From: a virus | IMG/VR virus record: IMGVR_UViG_3300035199_000184 | Span: 3,528 to 67,527 of that record | Strand: one strand, 5' to 3' | DNA length: 64,000 bases | Part shown: positions 16,326 through 28,000 of the stretch, piece by piece | Numbering within the stretch: the stretch's first letter is position 1 | Layout of the letters: each line of letters begins with the position of its first letter | The notes under the pieces: model-generated | Seen by the model: the letters and a program-made list of their open reading frames with translations, nothing else | What the model was told of the DNA's origin: nothing | Databases searched by the model: none | Program-made: the position numbers and the translations under genes

Positions 16326-16717
16326 TTTTCTGTCATTTCCTCTCGAACCAACTGCCCAAGCATTTTTGCTTCGTGAACTATCTTGTCGATTTCCTCAAGG
16401 TCGGGATCACCACTGCGGTAGCTGGCCACAAACGAATAGCAGCGGTTGATTATCTCTCCCATTGCGACTTCCGGTCCCCAGTTTTTGAAGTTAGTGACGA
16501 ACGGCTGAACCTTCAGGTGCTTGTAGTGATCACCTCCGACTTGGTCATCGAGCGGCGTGTGCTTATCAAACAGGGATGCACAGAATTCGGGTAGCTTAAT
16601 CTCAGGGGCATGGATAGCGGTTGCTCTGCCGAATTCGATATCCTTAACGACGGGTCGGGGTAGCTCTTTGCTTCTGCCATTTCCGCTTTTGTTCTCAACT
16701 GTGGACGACATGGTCAC
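16265..16717 (-). CDS. DUF3310/SaV-like protein
   Basis: QVGGDHYK...QP motif. Confidence 0.65.
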   Translation of the reverse strand: MTMSSTVENKSGNGRSKELPRPVVKDIEFGRATAIHAPEIKLPEFCASLFDKHTPLDDQVGGDHYKHLKVQPFVTNFKNWGPEVAMGEIINRCYSFVASYRSGDPDLEEIDKIVHEAKMLGQLVREEMTEKCQASESSSFSEPCSEQKST

Positions 16718-16765
16718 TCCTGGGGGGTAGATAGTGTGGAAAAAAAATGTGGGATTGGAATCATA

Positions 16766-16999
16766 CTACCGGCTACAGCCGGGGCAGCATGCGGGATTGT
16801 TGGTAGAGTTGCAGTTGTCGCAACACTTGCATTCGTCACAGTCACAGGAGCCCGTGTCCGAACAGCCAGCACAACACTGACAGTCCTCACAGTCGCATCC
16901 AGAGTTGCTGGACGAGAGCAGGCCAATCGACGCAACAACTAAGATTATTGCTGAGAGTCCCGCTGCTGTTTTGCTTTTGATTAGTTTCTTTAGGTTCAT
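16766..16999 (-). CDS. Membrane-anchored metallothionein-like Cys-rich peptide (in-frame upstream start at 17164 also possible)
   Basis: AGGAG RBS; one TM/signal helix followed by 15 Cys in about 45 residues. Confidence 0.7.
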   Translation of the reverse strand: MNLKKLIKSKTAAGLSAIILVVASIGLLSSSNSGCDCEDCQCCAGCSDTGSCDCDECKCCDNCNSTNNPACCPGCSR

Positions 17000-17193
17000 A
17001 GCTAGGTTACTCCTATTTAGATTCCTTCTGACGCCCCAAACTGCGATCAGTTGGGCGACGATTATGGCCGCACCGATGATGAGCGACCCTCCTAGTAGAC
17101 CGGACGTGATGCCTTCGGCGATGCCGTGACAACTCACGTCGATGGTGATGTCTGATGTGTCCATTATATCACCCCCTGTGGCCTCGGCAAACT

Positions 17194-17763
17194 TTACTTC
17201 TCGTACCAAATATGGTCAGCAATTCCCCAGTCGATAGCCTGCGTTGCCGTAAAAAAAGTGTCGGATGTCTTTGAGCCAAAGCTCTTCCAAAACCGCTTGT
17301 CTTTGTTTGTGTTTAGAGTCATAGCATTTATCCAGGCCTCGTCGGTAAGTTCAAACCATTTCACTGTGGACTTGATGTTGGCACCCCGGTCCTCTAACTC
17401 TCCACCCCAGTCGTGGCACATGAACTGAGCGTTGGGGGCTACCCAGCGTTCCCCCTTGTCACCTGCTGCCAGAATCAGCGGGGCTGCTGACATGCAGCTA
17501 CCGAAGGCAAAGGTGTGGATCGGACACCGGATGGTGTTGATGATATCGTAGAGAGCCAGGGACTCGACTATGTCGCCGCCCGTGGAGTTGACGAACAGTT
17601 CCACGGGCTTGGCGGCGTTGGCTGTCTCCAGGTAGTAGAGCGACTTCACGGCGTTACTGATCGACTCGGTTTCCAGGTCTCCCACCAGGAAGACTCGGCG
17701 GTTAGCCAAATCGAGTCCACGTTCGAAGTATGCACCTGAGATGTCGTTCGACGACGTTGTCAT
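17194..17763 (-). CDS. clpP: ATP-dependent Clp protease proteolytic subunit
   Basis: RRVFL, FVNSTGG, CMSAA (Ser), FMCH (His), DTFFTA..AIDWGIAD. Confidence 0.92.
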   Translation of the reverse strand: MTTSSNDISGAYFERGLDLANRRVFLVGDLETESISNAVKSLYYLETANAAKPVELFVNSTGGDIVESLALYDIINTIRCPIHTFAFGSCMSAAPLILAAGDKGERWVAPNAQFMCHDWGGELEDRGANIKSTVKWFELTDEAWINAMTLNTNKDKRFWKSFGSKTSDTFFTATQAIDWGIADHIWYEK

Positions 17764-17771
17764 GTAACCAC

Positions 17772-18053
17772 CTACTTGGCGATAAACCGGTACATCTGCA
17801 CCGCTGTACGCTCCTCTGTTAGCGGGGAAGTCGTCGGGACTCGACCGAGATTCACGAGTAGGCCGGCGTCTTTGAACTCGCTCAGTCGAAGCAGTGCCGT
17901 TTTTCTTGAGACACCTACGTGTGCCGCGAACTCCTTAGTTGTGAACGCTCCTGCGGGACGTAGTCCGTCGCGGACTCCCCCGAGGTTGGACAGTATCTTC
18001 TTGATCGCTTTGGCGTTTGATTCTAGCCCGTGTTTTGTCGCTGCCTTCGCCAT
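17772..18053 (-). CDS. Winged-helix DNA-binding protein
   Basis: FTTKEFAAHVGVSRKTALLRLSEF. Confidence 0.7.
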   Translation of the reverse strand: MAKAATKHGLESNAKAIKKILSNLGGVRDGLRPAGAFTTKEFAAHVGVSRKTALLRLSEFKDAGLLVNLGRVPTTSPLTEERTAVQMYRFIAK

Positions 18054-18063
18054 ATTGTTACTC

Positions 18064-19008
18064 CTACTTCAACGGAATTAACATGGATTTGCCGTCGATG
18101 ATTTGGACGTTGGTGTGCATGAATCCACCGTCTGGTCTAACATGTTGTAGTGCATATCCATGCGTCCAACTCGACGTGTTGCCGCGAGAGTGCATCCATT
18201 TCGGATTCAGTCCAGTGAGGCATCCAGGGTTGGCGGACATAATTACTCCGGTCCCAGGGGTGCGGATGTACGAGCAGTCCGCACGGTGAGTGTGCCCAAA
18301 TACGACCGAGGCCCCGAACTTGGCTAATGAAGTCCTGGCCGCATTCTGACCCCCAGCAACTTCGTGAATGAAGTGGCACTTGCCTAATTTAATGACACCA
18401 CGCTCCTCACAGGTGTCATTGAACTCACCCCGCCTGAAGTACTTGATCCCTCGTCCCTTGAGGTCCAGTCGGAACTCGGGGTCCAGGGCCTCCATCAGCA
18501 TCTGTCGATCCGAGCTATGAGCGAGCGAGTTCTCCGCTACCCACTTCTCTAGTCGGGCCTCATGGTTCCCCTGGCACATGTAGTACTTGGCGTTTGGGCA
18601 CACTTCCTGTAGCTCGTCCAGCCACTGGTTGGCTGCCTGTATGTCCGTGGCGTACGAATAGTCGGCGTCATCGGCGTACGCTCGACCCTGGTGTGCACTG
18701 AGGAACCCAGAGCAGTCAACGTGGTCACCGAGCAAAACCACTTCCTGGATGTCCAGTGTCTTGAGGTCACCCATACAGGCAGCCCAAGCGTCACGGTCCA
18801 TAAAGGACCCGTGTGTGTCTGCGATGATGACCCGCAGGTATCCCTTGGCAGATCGCCGTGCGGGCTTAGTACGGACAGGCCTCTTGGCCTTGGATAGGCC
18901 GGCTAGCTGCTTACCAAGTACTTTGTTAGCTTTACCGGACTCTGCCAACTGTTTTTTGAGGTCGTCAATCTGCGATTGCAGAACTGATTCATAAGCCTTT
19001 CCGTCCAT
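18064..19008 (-). CDS. Calcineurin-like metallophosphoesterase
   Basis: ADTH, LGDHVD, GNHE, FGHTHR. Confidence 0.9.
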   Translation of the reverse strand: MDGKAYESVLQSQIDDLKKQLAESGKANKVLGKQLAGLSKAKRPVRTKPARRSAKGYLRVIIADTHGSFMDRDAWAACMGDLKTLDIQEVVLLGDHVDCSGFLSAHQGRAYADDADYSYATDIQAANQWLDELQEVCPNAKYYMCQGNHEARLEKWVAENSLAHSSDRQMLMEALDPEFRLDLKGRGIKYFRRGEFNDTCEERGVIKLGKCHFIHEVAGGQNAARTSLAKFGASVVFGHTHRADCSYIRTPGTGVIMSANPGCLTGLNPKWMHSRGNTSSWTHGYALQHVRPDGGFMHTNVQIIDGKSMLIPLK

Positions 19009-19074
19009 ATTACCTCCGTGGGTTTTGCGTCGGGAGGGGGTACTTATACCATGTAAATCAGTCAAAAAAGTCTG

Positions 19075-22000
19075 CTAATTTAGCAATTCGCCTAAGTTCT
19101 TGGCAGACTCAGCCTTACCTGGATGCTTTCTGAAGGACCTTCGTCGGTACTTATATGACTTCTGCTTCTTATACTTACTCAATACCCTAGTGAAGTAGGG
19201 ATTGTCGCTGTTGTTGATGAGCCACAATGCTGCTGCCTCTTGCTTCTCTTTCCAGGTCGCAATAGACTTTTCTCGTTTATCAATGTCGTCGCTATCGTAT
19301 GCTTCGTTCTCTGGATCTATGACACTGGGCATGCGGGCAGCTTGGGCTACTGTGGCTAGCGAATCCCAGGCGATCCTCTCATACTCCTGCTGTACCTTCA
19401 GGTGGTCTCGGTCTACTCCTGGGTTCTTCCGCAGGTACTTGCCCATCGTTTCTTTCCAGTCGTCCCCGGTCTCGGTTCCCTTAATTGGGGAGTCGATGGG
19501 GTCAGGAGCACCCCAATCAGTCATTTCCAGCCGTGCCCATGTCTGAGACAGACGGGCCATATTATTCAGGGCCTTCCGTTCTGCCTCTTTATCATTGGCT
19601 CTGCGGGCCGGCATCACTTCGTTGTCGAAGATTTCCTTAACTTCGGACCACAATCCTGCCGCAATCCTGGCGGACTGGGCGTCGTTACGCATCTGGTCGA
19701 TCTCTATCTGGGACTTGCCCTCCTCTTTGGCCTTGGTGATCTCTCTTCCAATGGCACCATGCGCTCGGTACGCATTGTGTAGTTCCTGGGTAGCGGCGTC
19801 CTCGAACTTAGGCTTGCCCTTCGGAGTCCAAACATGGTCCAGGATGTATCGCTTGGGACCAGAAATGGGGATACCGCCGGCACCTAGTGCGTCCAGGAAC
19901 TTGTCGCCGGCTACCTTTAACTGCTCCGGTCTCTTCGACTGCCCCTCGCGGATGTCGCCCTTAGCGTACTCGCCACCCGTAGTGAGTGCGCCCAGTGCCT
20001 TGCCGAAATCGACGACCTTGGTTATAGCGGAGGCGACAACCGTCTGTCGCGGTCTCTTGAAGTGATCGGGCTTGTCGTCATTAAGGAGCACATCCCTGGT
20101 CAGATCAATCCAGTCGCCTGCGGCTACGTATGTAGTGATCGCAACCCCGCCGGTGTCCCAGGCCAGTCCTTCCCAGAACCCTTGTTCTTCATCTTCATCA
20201 TCGCCACCAAATCCCAACATAGCCCACCATAGAGCCGTGCCGGCAACGACGCCTCGTTTTGTCGCGGCAATCATTACTGCGTTAAGCACCAGGGGAGCGA
20301 ACATCTTTTTAAGCATTATCCCGATAGCCTTAGGGCTGTTCATCTCGCCGAACTCCCCGTGCTTCCAGTCCAGGAATACCTGCCGCATCATGTTGGTGAT
20401 CTTGCTACGCTGGGTCCCATACGCGGTGGATGTTAACTTGAATATATCACCGTGGCGTCCCTCTCGTGCCAGACCAGAGATCGTCGATGCATCCCAGGTG
20501 GGCTGAGACCTCAGGAACACGTCCACTGCCATGTCATTAACTCGCTCGAAGAACTCAGCGTCCTCGACGATGGGGGTGGTGTCCTTAGCGGCAGCCTTTT
20601 CTGCCTTGATCTGCTGGGTTACTTTCCACTTCGAGCCTTCCCAGACCATGTAGCCGATCTGCATGTCCATCTCTTGAATGCCCCACATGCCTAGCTCGCC
20701 AAACTCGCTTATGGCCCAGCGTGTTCTGGCTAACAGGCCGGTCCGTTTTTCCATGCCTGGAGTAAAGTACTTGCCCTGCATGTAGAACTCCTGCATGCCC
20801 CCTCCACCGAGGCCGGCGGACAGTATCTGGTGCCCCCCACCTTGCTTACGCTCTCGGAAGAACGGGGAGTGCTTCTCCATCTCGTCGTTGAGTCGTCCCC
20901 GAGTTTTCCCTCTTACTTTTATAAACCCTCCATGGCCCATAGCCCTGAGACCCAGTATCTCCTGGGCAGTGACCCATGACGTTGTCTGAAAGAGTGCAAT
21001 GTGTAGCTTGAGGCCGAGGATACCCTTATGTGCCATCGACATATATGACTTGAGCATCGCGGCTGAGGCGTCCATCCCTGGACGGTTAACCCCGGCAAAG
21101 TGGTCAAGGTTAGCCTTCATTTCCTGCCTTAGCCGGCGGGCCTTCATCGGATGGAACCGAGCAGTAACCTCGGACTCCAGTATCCTCAGTAGATGCTCAG
21201 CGTCCCGATACGCCTCTTGCTTGGAGATGTACAGATTTGTCATCTGCATGGTCTCGAAGAAGTTAGAGAACAGCCCCTCGATCAGGAACGGTGCGTTGGA
21301 CCGATTGCGGTGAAGGAAAATATGCTGGGACTCGATAGATCCCTCTTTGTCCTTGGCGTCTCGTATGTCTTTGTCCTTGGCGCTGGCATAGGCGGGGTCA
21401 AGTTTCATGGCCCGTGCTCGGTGCCAGTACTCGGGATTGTTTGCGATCTCGCTACCCGTTACCCGCACGCTGACTTCGTTCAACTGGTCACGCATGTGGG
21501 TGTTCAGGTATCGCTTCATCGCCTTGGCAAGCGTCATGATCTTCTTGTACTTGGGCTTCTCGGACTCCCTTAGGATAACGTCGAGCGTCTCTGCGGTGAC
21601 CTTGCTGGCTGTCTCGCCGGCACGATTCATATTCTTAGCGACGACGCCCAGGTTGTTGTTGCGTAACATCTCGGCCTTGGTCATGGGGTCACTGATCATA
21701 TTGATCAGGCCGGCGAACTCGTCCATGCCGATTACTAGGTTGGGAACCTCCTCGATGACTCGCCCCTTATTGTCCCGGATAGGCGGCATCTCAATCTCAA
21801 CTGAATTTTCGTCCTTATGCCAGTCTGAGATATCCTTATCGGTTACACCTAGATGCTCCCGAACTGAATTAACGAAGTCCATAGCTGTATGGTTCAGTTC
21901 GAGCATCTTCTCTTCGGCTTTGTTCACATTATCCAGGAGGATCTTTGTGGCTTCCGGCCCCCTGCCTACTAGCTCGACCACCAGGGAGATTTGATTCCAC

Positions 22001-25000
22001 TGCTGCTGTCGGAAGTAGTTATTAGCACCTTCTGTAAGTTTCCCCGAGAACGTAGAGTCATGGCGATCCTTCTGTCCTTCTCGCTGTTCCCTGGTGGACT
22101 GCTTCGGGTTAGCCTTAGCCAGTTCCTTCTTGGCTTCCTCGACGATCCTGGCAGACTCCTTCGCGTCCCTGGCTGTGATCAGTCGGTACTTGGTCTTCTG
22201 TGCATGTGCAGTGGCCTCGATGCCTCGCAGGATAAGGCGGAATACGTCGATCTTCTGTATGACCTGAAGGTCTAGTGCGTCTCGCAGTCCCTTGATCTTG
22301 GCGTTGATTGCATTACGCCGCCCTCTTACTCTGTCCTTCTCTGACTCCTCGGTCAGTGCAGACAACTCAGGCAGATTCTTCTTCTGCTCTGCGAGCTCGG
22401 CGAGTTTCTTATTGATCGCCTCAGTGTCCCTGCCCCAGGTGTCGATATCGGCAGCCTCAAGGACCTCCGCCATGTTATCCTTTAGCCGCTGTGGGATCGT
22501 GCCGTTGGGGTCAGCGGCATTCAGTACGCTCTGCGCATGCTCGATCATTGCCTTACTGGGGAACGCTTTACCTGACGCAATAGCCTTGCCGAGTAGACCG
22601 GACAGTGCGTCCAGTCTCTCCAGGTACTTCTTCTGGTCCTCAATGTCAGTGACTGGTGCCTGCTCAGCGTCATTGATCGCGTCCTTGAGCTTGCTCATCA
22701 CTTCGCCGAGCTCAAAGCTGTCTCGGTATCTCTCGGCAGACTCCCATACTCTCTTGATCTGTGACGGCGTCCGAGCTCTCACTAGGTGACGCATGATCCG
22801 GTCAACGACGGGCTTGGGCATGAATGCTTTCATGTAGTCGTACATACCCAGGTGAATTTCAACCAACTCCTTCTTGCCCGCCTTGGTGCCCTCCTTGTAG
22901 CCTCGGTCCAGGCCGGCGATCAGGCCAACGACGTAAGCCTCCTTCTTGCCGTCTCTCTTGCCGGCCTTGTAGCCACGGGCTTCCAGCTTGTCGTGCACCT
23001 TGCGTGAGTCCCTGGCGAGCTTCGCTATGTTCATGGTCATGCGGGCGTCGGGCTCTGCGTACTTCAGGATTTCTGCGGCGAGCTCGTCGCTATCCAGCGG
23101 GGCGTCGGCCAGGATCTTGCGGACGATCTTAGACATATCAGATGCCTTGTCGGCCTTGGCTTGCTTGTCGCCAGGGGATCTCTGGGCGTCCTTCCTCTTC
23201 TTGGCTGCCTTGGCTCTCCTGGCAACGCTGGCTTCATCGTCCTTGAGCTCACGCTTTGGTGGAGCAGCCATCGCAGAGGACTCGGTACTCCGCTCGGCGT
23301 TCCTGGTGCCCATCTTTGGCGTCTTAACGAATACCGTATTGCCTACTGAGATGGCGTCGGTCCCGCCCAGGACTTCTGTCCCGGTTCGCTTGTCGTAGAA
23401 GAACGGTGCCTTCTTGGGGTTGTACCCCACGGGGGTGTAGTCATCGAAGTCTGAGGGGATCTCCGTTGCGTCCTTGTCTACCCGTCCCTTCACTGTTGCG
23501 ATGGGCGACTTGGCCTTTTCCCCTGATTGGATTTCTCCAGCCATACGCTCGTCGCTTACGAACGTAACGTCGCCCTTCATGAACACGATACCAGTGTATG
23601 TCAGCACGTCACTGGGAACTCCGCTCTTGGAGGACCTTGCGTGGATCGTCTGGAAGTACTGCCCCGTGCTTGAGTAGATCGGAATGTCGATCCGCACGTA
23701 GACGTCACTGTCAGTGGGTATGTCGTGATTCTCTCCCAGGGTCGCCAGTTGATTCTTGGATGCCATGGAGAGAATGAGTGACTCCGATGGGATGCCTGTA
23801 TTCTTCAGCCACTCGGAGTTGGTCGAGTCTCCGTGTAATTCTTCGAACCTTTCCTGTGACGCCTTGGACCAGTCCCTGAAGTTCAGGTCTGTCTTCTTGT
23901 CACCCTTCTCGATGATGTAGTGGTCAAACTGACTGCGATACTCTGGCTCCTTACTCTTGGCCCATACGTATAGACGACGCTCGTCCATGCCACGCTTAGT
24001 CTCCAGGTGATCCGGGGCACCTTCTACTTCGGACTCTAGTACCCCCAGGTCCTGGGGCAGAGTCAGTATCTCCGTGCCCCATGGATTGGCGGTGTCACTG
24101 ACTGGTCCGGGGGTCCTAATGGCAGCGGCGGACTCGCCCTTTACCCGCTCGAAGTAGCTGTCGTCAATGGGGAGCAGTAGCTTCGTTAGTTCCTCAATAA
24201 GATCGTCTCTCTCTTTAGAGAGCTTCGCGTCATCTTGCCCGAAGGCTCTCTCCCTCTCGATACTTTCTAGTCGTCTATGTATCCTCGCTCTCTCTTCCTT
24301 GATAGCGGGCAGGTCCTCATTGAGTCGCCTTCGGTTCTCATTGATTGTTCTGGGGAGACCTGTCGTCAGTACGAGGTTCTCCTGTTCCTTCACTAGCTCA
24401 GAGATCATGGTGTCGGTTAGGGCCTGGACCTCTTCAAGAGCAGATGTTCCTTTTACGCCCAAGAACGACATGAGGTCTTTCACAACAGCCATCACGGCGT
24501 CGAAGAAGTTGCCCCCTCGGATTCCCTTGTATCGCATAGACCCAGGCACTTTCTGCTTCTGTAGCCATGCCATGAATTCAATGTTTGAGAATGACTCGGT
24601 AATTAACTCGGCGGGATTTTTTAGGCCATACCAATCGGTCGTTTCTCCTGGAATCAGGTCTTCCCACCCCGTCGCTTTGCCTTTCTTCTTATTCTTCCGG
24701 TATAGGTATCCCCAGATTTGCAGCAAACGAGAAGACGCCGCAACTTGCTTCTTGGATAGACCTGTCGCCTTCGCCCTGTCCCTCAATAATATACCCAATC
24801 TCGTAGGATCGGTTGTGTCTTTAAGGAGCTTGGAATAGATTTGTCCAGATAACTGCATGTCATCTGCCGGTCCCGTTCCTCCATACGTCGGGGCACGCAT
24901 ATTCATCGGCATGACAAGATTGATGGTGTCCACGGTCAGTGCGTGCAGTACTTCATGAAGCACCGTGCCGGCCAGATTGCCGCCACCGCCACCTTTGTTT

Positions 25001-28000
25001 ACATGTATTGCACTGAGATAAATTTCGCCGTCTTTTCGGATGTACTTCCCGGCATACGTATGAGCATCGAGATCGTCCTTCCATATGACCTGCCCTGTGC
25101 CTGACGTGTGGCGTCCAAGACTCCCTATCATCACAGTACGGGACCACTTCTCATTCGGATCGTCAGTCTTAGCCTCTTCGTCCTTTTCTATGTTCTTGGC
25201 GGCGGCGTCCTGAACTTGCTGTAGTCTGGAGGTAGCCGCAATGAGTGCATCGAGCAGAACCACTTGGTCTGGCAGCAGTGCTCTCGCTCTGCCCCCATGG
25301 CTGGCCTTGAGCTCGCGTAGCACTTCTTCATAGGTGCCCAGTGAGCGTTCCCTCTTGTCAACCACTGCCAGTGCCAGTTGATCCAGGAGCAGCTTTGGGG
25401 TGGGGGTCTTCTGAGATGCTTTGAAGTCCCACTGATGCATGAGAGCCTCGTCTCTCTCTTCTACTCGCTGCTTGAACTCCCTCCATTTCTGGTTTCTCTT
25501 TCGTTCTTCTGTATCTACATTGGTTCCCTGGCCCCTGCTCTTGTTTCTTTGTATCCTCAGTCGTCTCTGGGCGGCTGTCTCTTTTGGTATTCCAGGGGCT
25601 GGTTCCTTTAGGCTTTCGGTGGATTCTTCTTTGAAGCTACCTTTAGTGCTGCGAGTGTCTGCTCCAGACTCATCTCCCCTAGCGGGTGGTGCTCCTCGTG
25701 CTTCTTGGCTAATGAATCCAGTTGTGGACTCTGTTGAAAAGATTCCAGTGCTTTTGTTAGCGCGTCGGTTTTCTTCTTGTCGCTCATATTCTTCTTCTCC
25801 TAGTTCATCTTTGACTAGCGTCGTAGCGTTACGGTCGAAGTCATTGTCTCGTACTGTTGGTGGCAGTCCTACTTCCTTGAACAGATGCTTCTCGAAGTAC
25901 CAAAGCACGCTCTGCACCTGGGCGGGCTTCATGTCCACCCCTCGTCTCTTGAGCTCGCCTACTATCTCGGCGACTACTTCGTCAAACAGCTTTCGCATTC
26001 CGCCGGCACCGGGATCATCTACGACCCTGTTGACTACGTCGTGCATGCCCTTGGTGAGCTTGGCTTTCTTAGCCCTGGCTATGTCTTCTGGAGAAAACCT
26101 TGCCATCTGCTCGTCGGAGAATCCCTTTGCCTTTTCTGAAGGCTTGCTGCTCAGGGCGTTAGCGATCCCGCTAAGGACTACGTGGGCTGATCCAAGAAGA
26201 TCGGGATCCTTCTGGTCTTTACTGGTCTTCACCAAGGGGCGTTTAGTAACGACATCCCTGGGACCACCAGTGGATGAGTTGAAGTAGGAATACTCCTCGG
26301 CGTATGTCTTGTCGGCGTAATCCACAGAGGCTTGATTGTCTTCTGCCCTGACCTTGAACTTCTGCCTTTGGCTTTTATTGGGAAGGGCCTCCTTAGCCGC
26401 GAGGTATTTCTCTTCTGTCAGCTTCGTGCCTGCTTTGATTCCTGTCTTACCTGGATCGACAACGATGTACTTAACTTGGAACTTCTTGGGGAGCGGCTCT
26501 CCTGTGAGTCTCTCGTATTTCTCTCTGAAGTTCTTCTGCTGTAGAAGCGTCGCGTATGGTGCCAGTTCCCCGAGGTATCGGTACATGCTCCTGGCGAACC
26601 AGCGGTCTTGTGTCACTACACTCAGATCCCCGCGTAGGTTCGTGTAGAACGTGCCCACCTTCGGCCCGAACAGGTTGCTGACGTGAATCTCGTCATTCGT
26701 TCGACGAGAGCTAACGTCCACTCCCTTCACTGCCTTACGAACGACCTTTTTATCTTCCTTTTTCTCGCCAAAGTACTCCGATGACTTGAGGTCTTTGACC
26801 TTGACCGTCTTGCCCAGTAAGTCTAGGTAAGCGTCCCACTTGTTCTCTTCATTGATTTCTTTCCCCTGGGCCTTCAGTCGATCCTCGACGACTTCACTAT
26901 TAAGCGTGTTGACCAGCAAGTTGAGAGACTTCTTGATTGCTGCGGCTTTGCCGTCATACTTCAGACCGAGGATCGCCTTGACGTCCCCCTTCTCCGACAT
27001 CGCCCTGTAGGCGTCTACGGCATTCTTTAGGTTCTGCTCCACCTTGGTCTCGGTGGACGTGAGTGCCGTAAACAAAGTGAGCTTCAGTCTGGCTATCTCG
27101 ATCTCTCGCAGGATGGCCTTACGCTCGTCTTCGGTTGCCCCCTCTAGTCGTTTCTTGTTTTGCTCGGAGTGGGGATTCATCTCGGGGAACATGTAGGAGA
27201 TTTTGTCTAGGGCCTCCTGTGTGTTCTTTGTGTACCATTCAGCGGCCTCTTCGTAGGTGTAAGGGAACTTCTCGTTGGGTCCTTCGCCTTTCGATTCCCT
27301 CGGTAAATTATCCATTATCCACTGGATCTCGTCTGACGCCTCTTCTCTGGCGAACTTATGGAACGCTGATCTTGCCCTTCCTGCGGGGGAGTCCGGGTCA
27401 GCGAACTCGCCATTGACGATGAGCTCGATGTCCCAAGACTGGGACTCTTCATTCCATCGCTCTCCGAACATGCGATTGGTTCGTTCTGTTTCCGCTGCTA
27501 CTTCTCCCTTTTTATTCAGCACCCCACGCATGAATGTCTTGGGGTTGAGAAGACTTAGGATGTCGGTCGCAAATGAGAACGCTGGGGAGTCCGTGCTTGT
27601 TTTCGTAGTTCCAGAGAGCCCCTCGATCTTTCTGTCTTCAAGAGCGTGGGTGCCCCTGTCTGTTCGGGCAGTCTCTCCCACAGTTTGTCGGGCTATGTCT
27701 CCTAGCACCTCAAGCAGGGTCTGTACTGTCGCCTCCCCTTTCTTGAAGGACTTCTTAGAGGAACCAAACAGGGAGTCACTTAGTTTTAGATTCGCCTTCT
27801 TAATAATATCCCTGAGTGCCTCGACCAAGCTCTTGAGCAGGGAGCGAATCTCTGATTTCTCCTTGGGGGTTTTAGCAGCAGCGGCCATCTCTTTTAGGAA
27901 GTCAAGTCCTGCTTCTATTGCGTCTTGCCCTGTGAGATTGCCTCCAGCGAAGTGATCCTGGATGTACTGAGTAACTGCCTCTTCTTTTGCTATGTTATCG

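Noticed and set aside
25830-25860. Virion RNA polymerase DxDxD motif (DNDFD) in the giant protein
   Set aside because: Isolated match at a domain boundary without recognisable double-psi beta-barrel context
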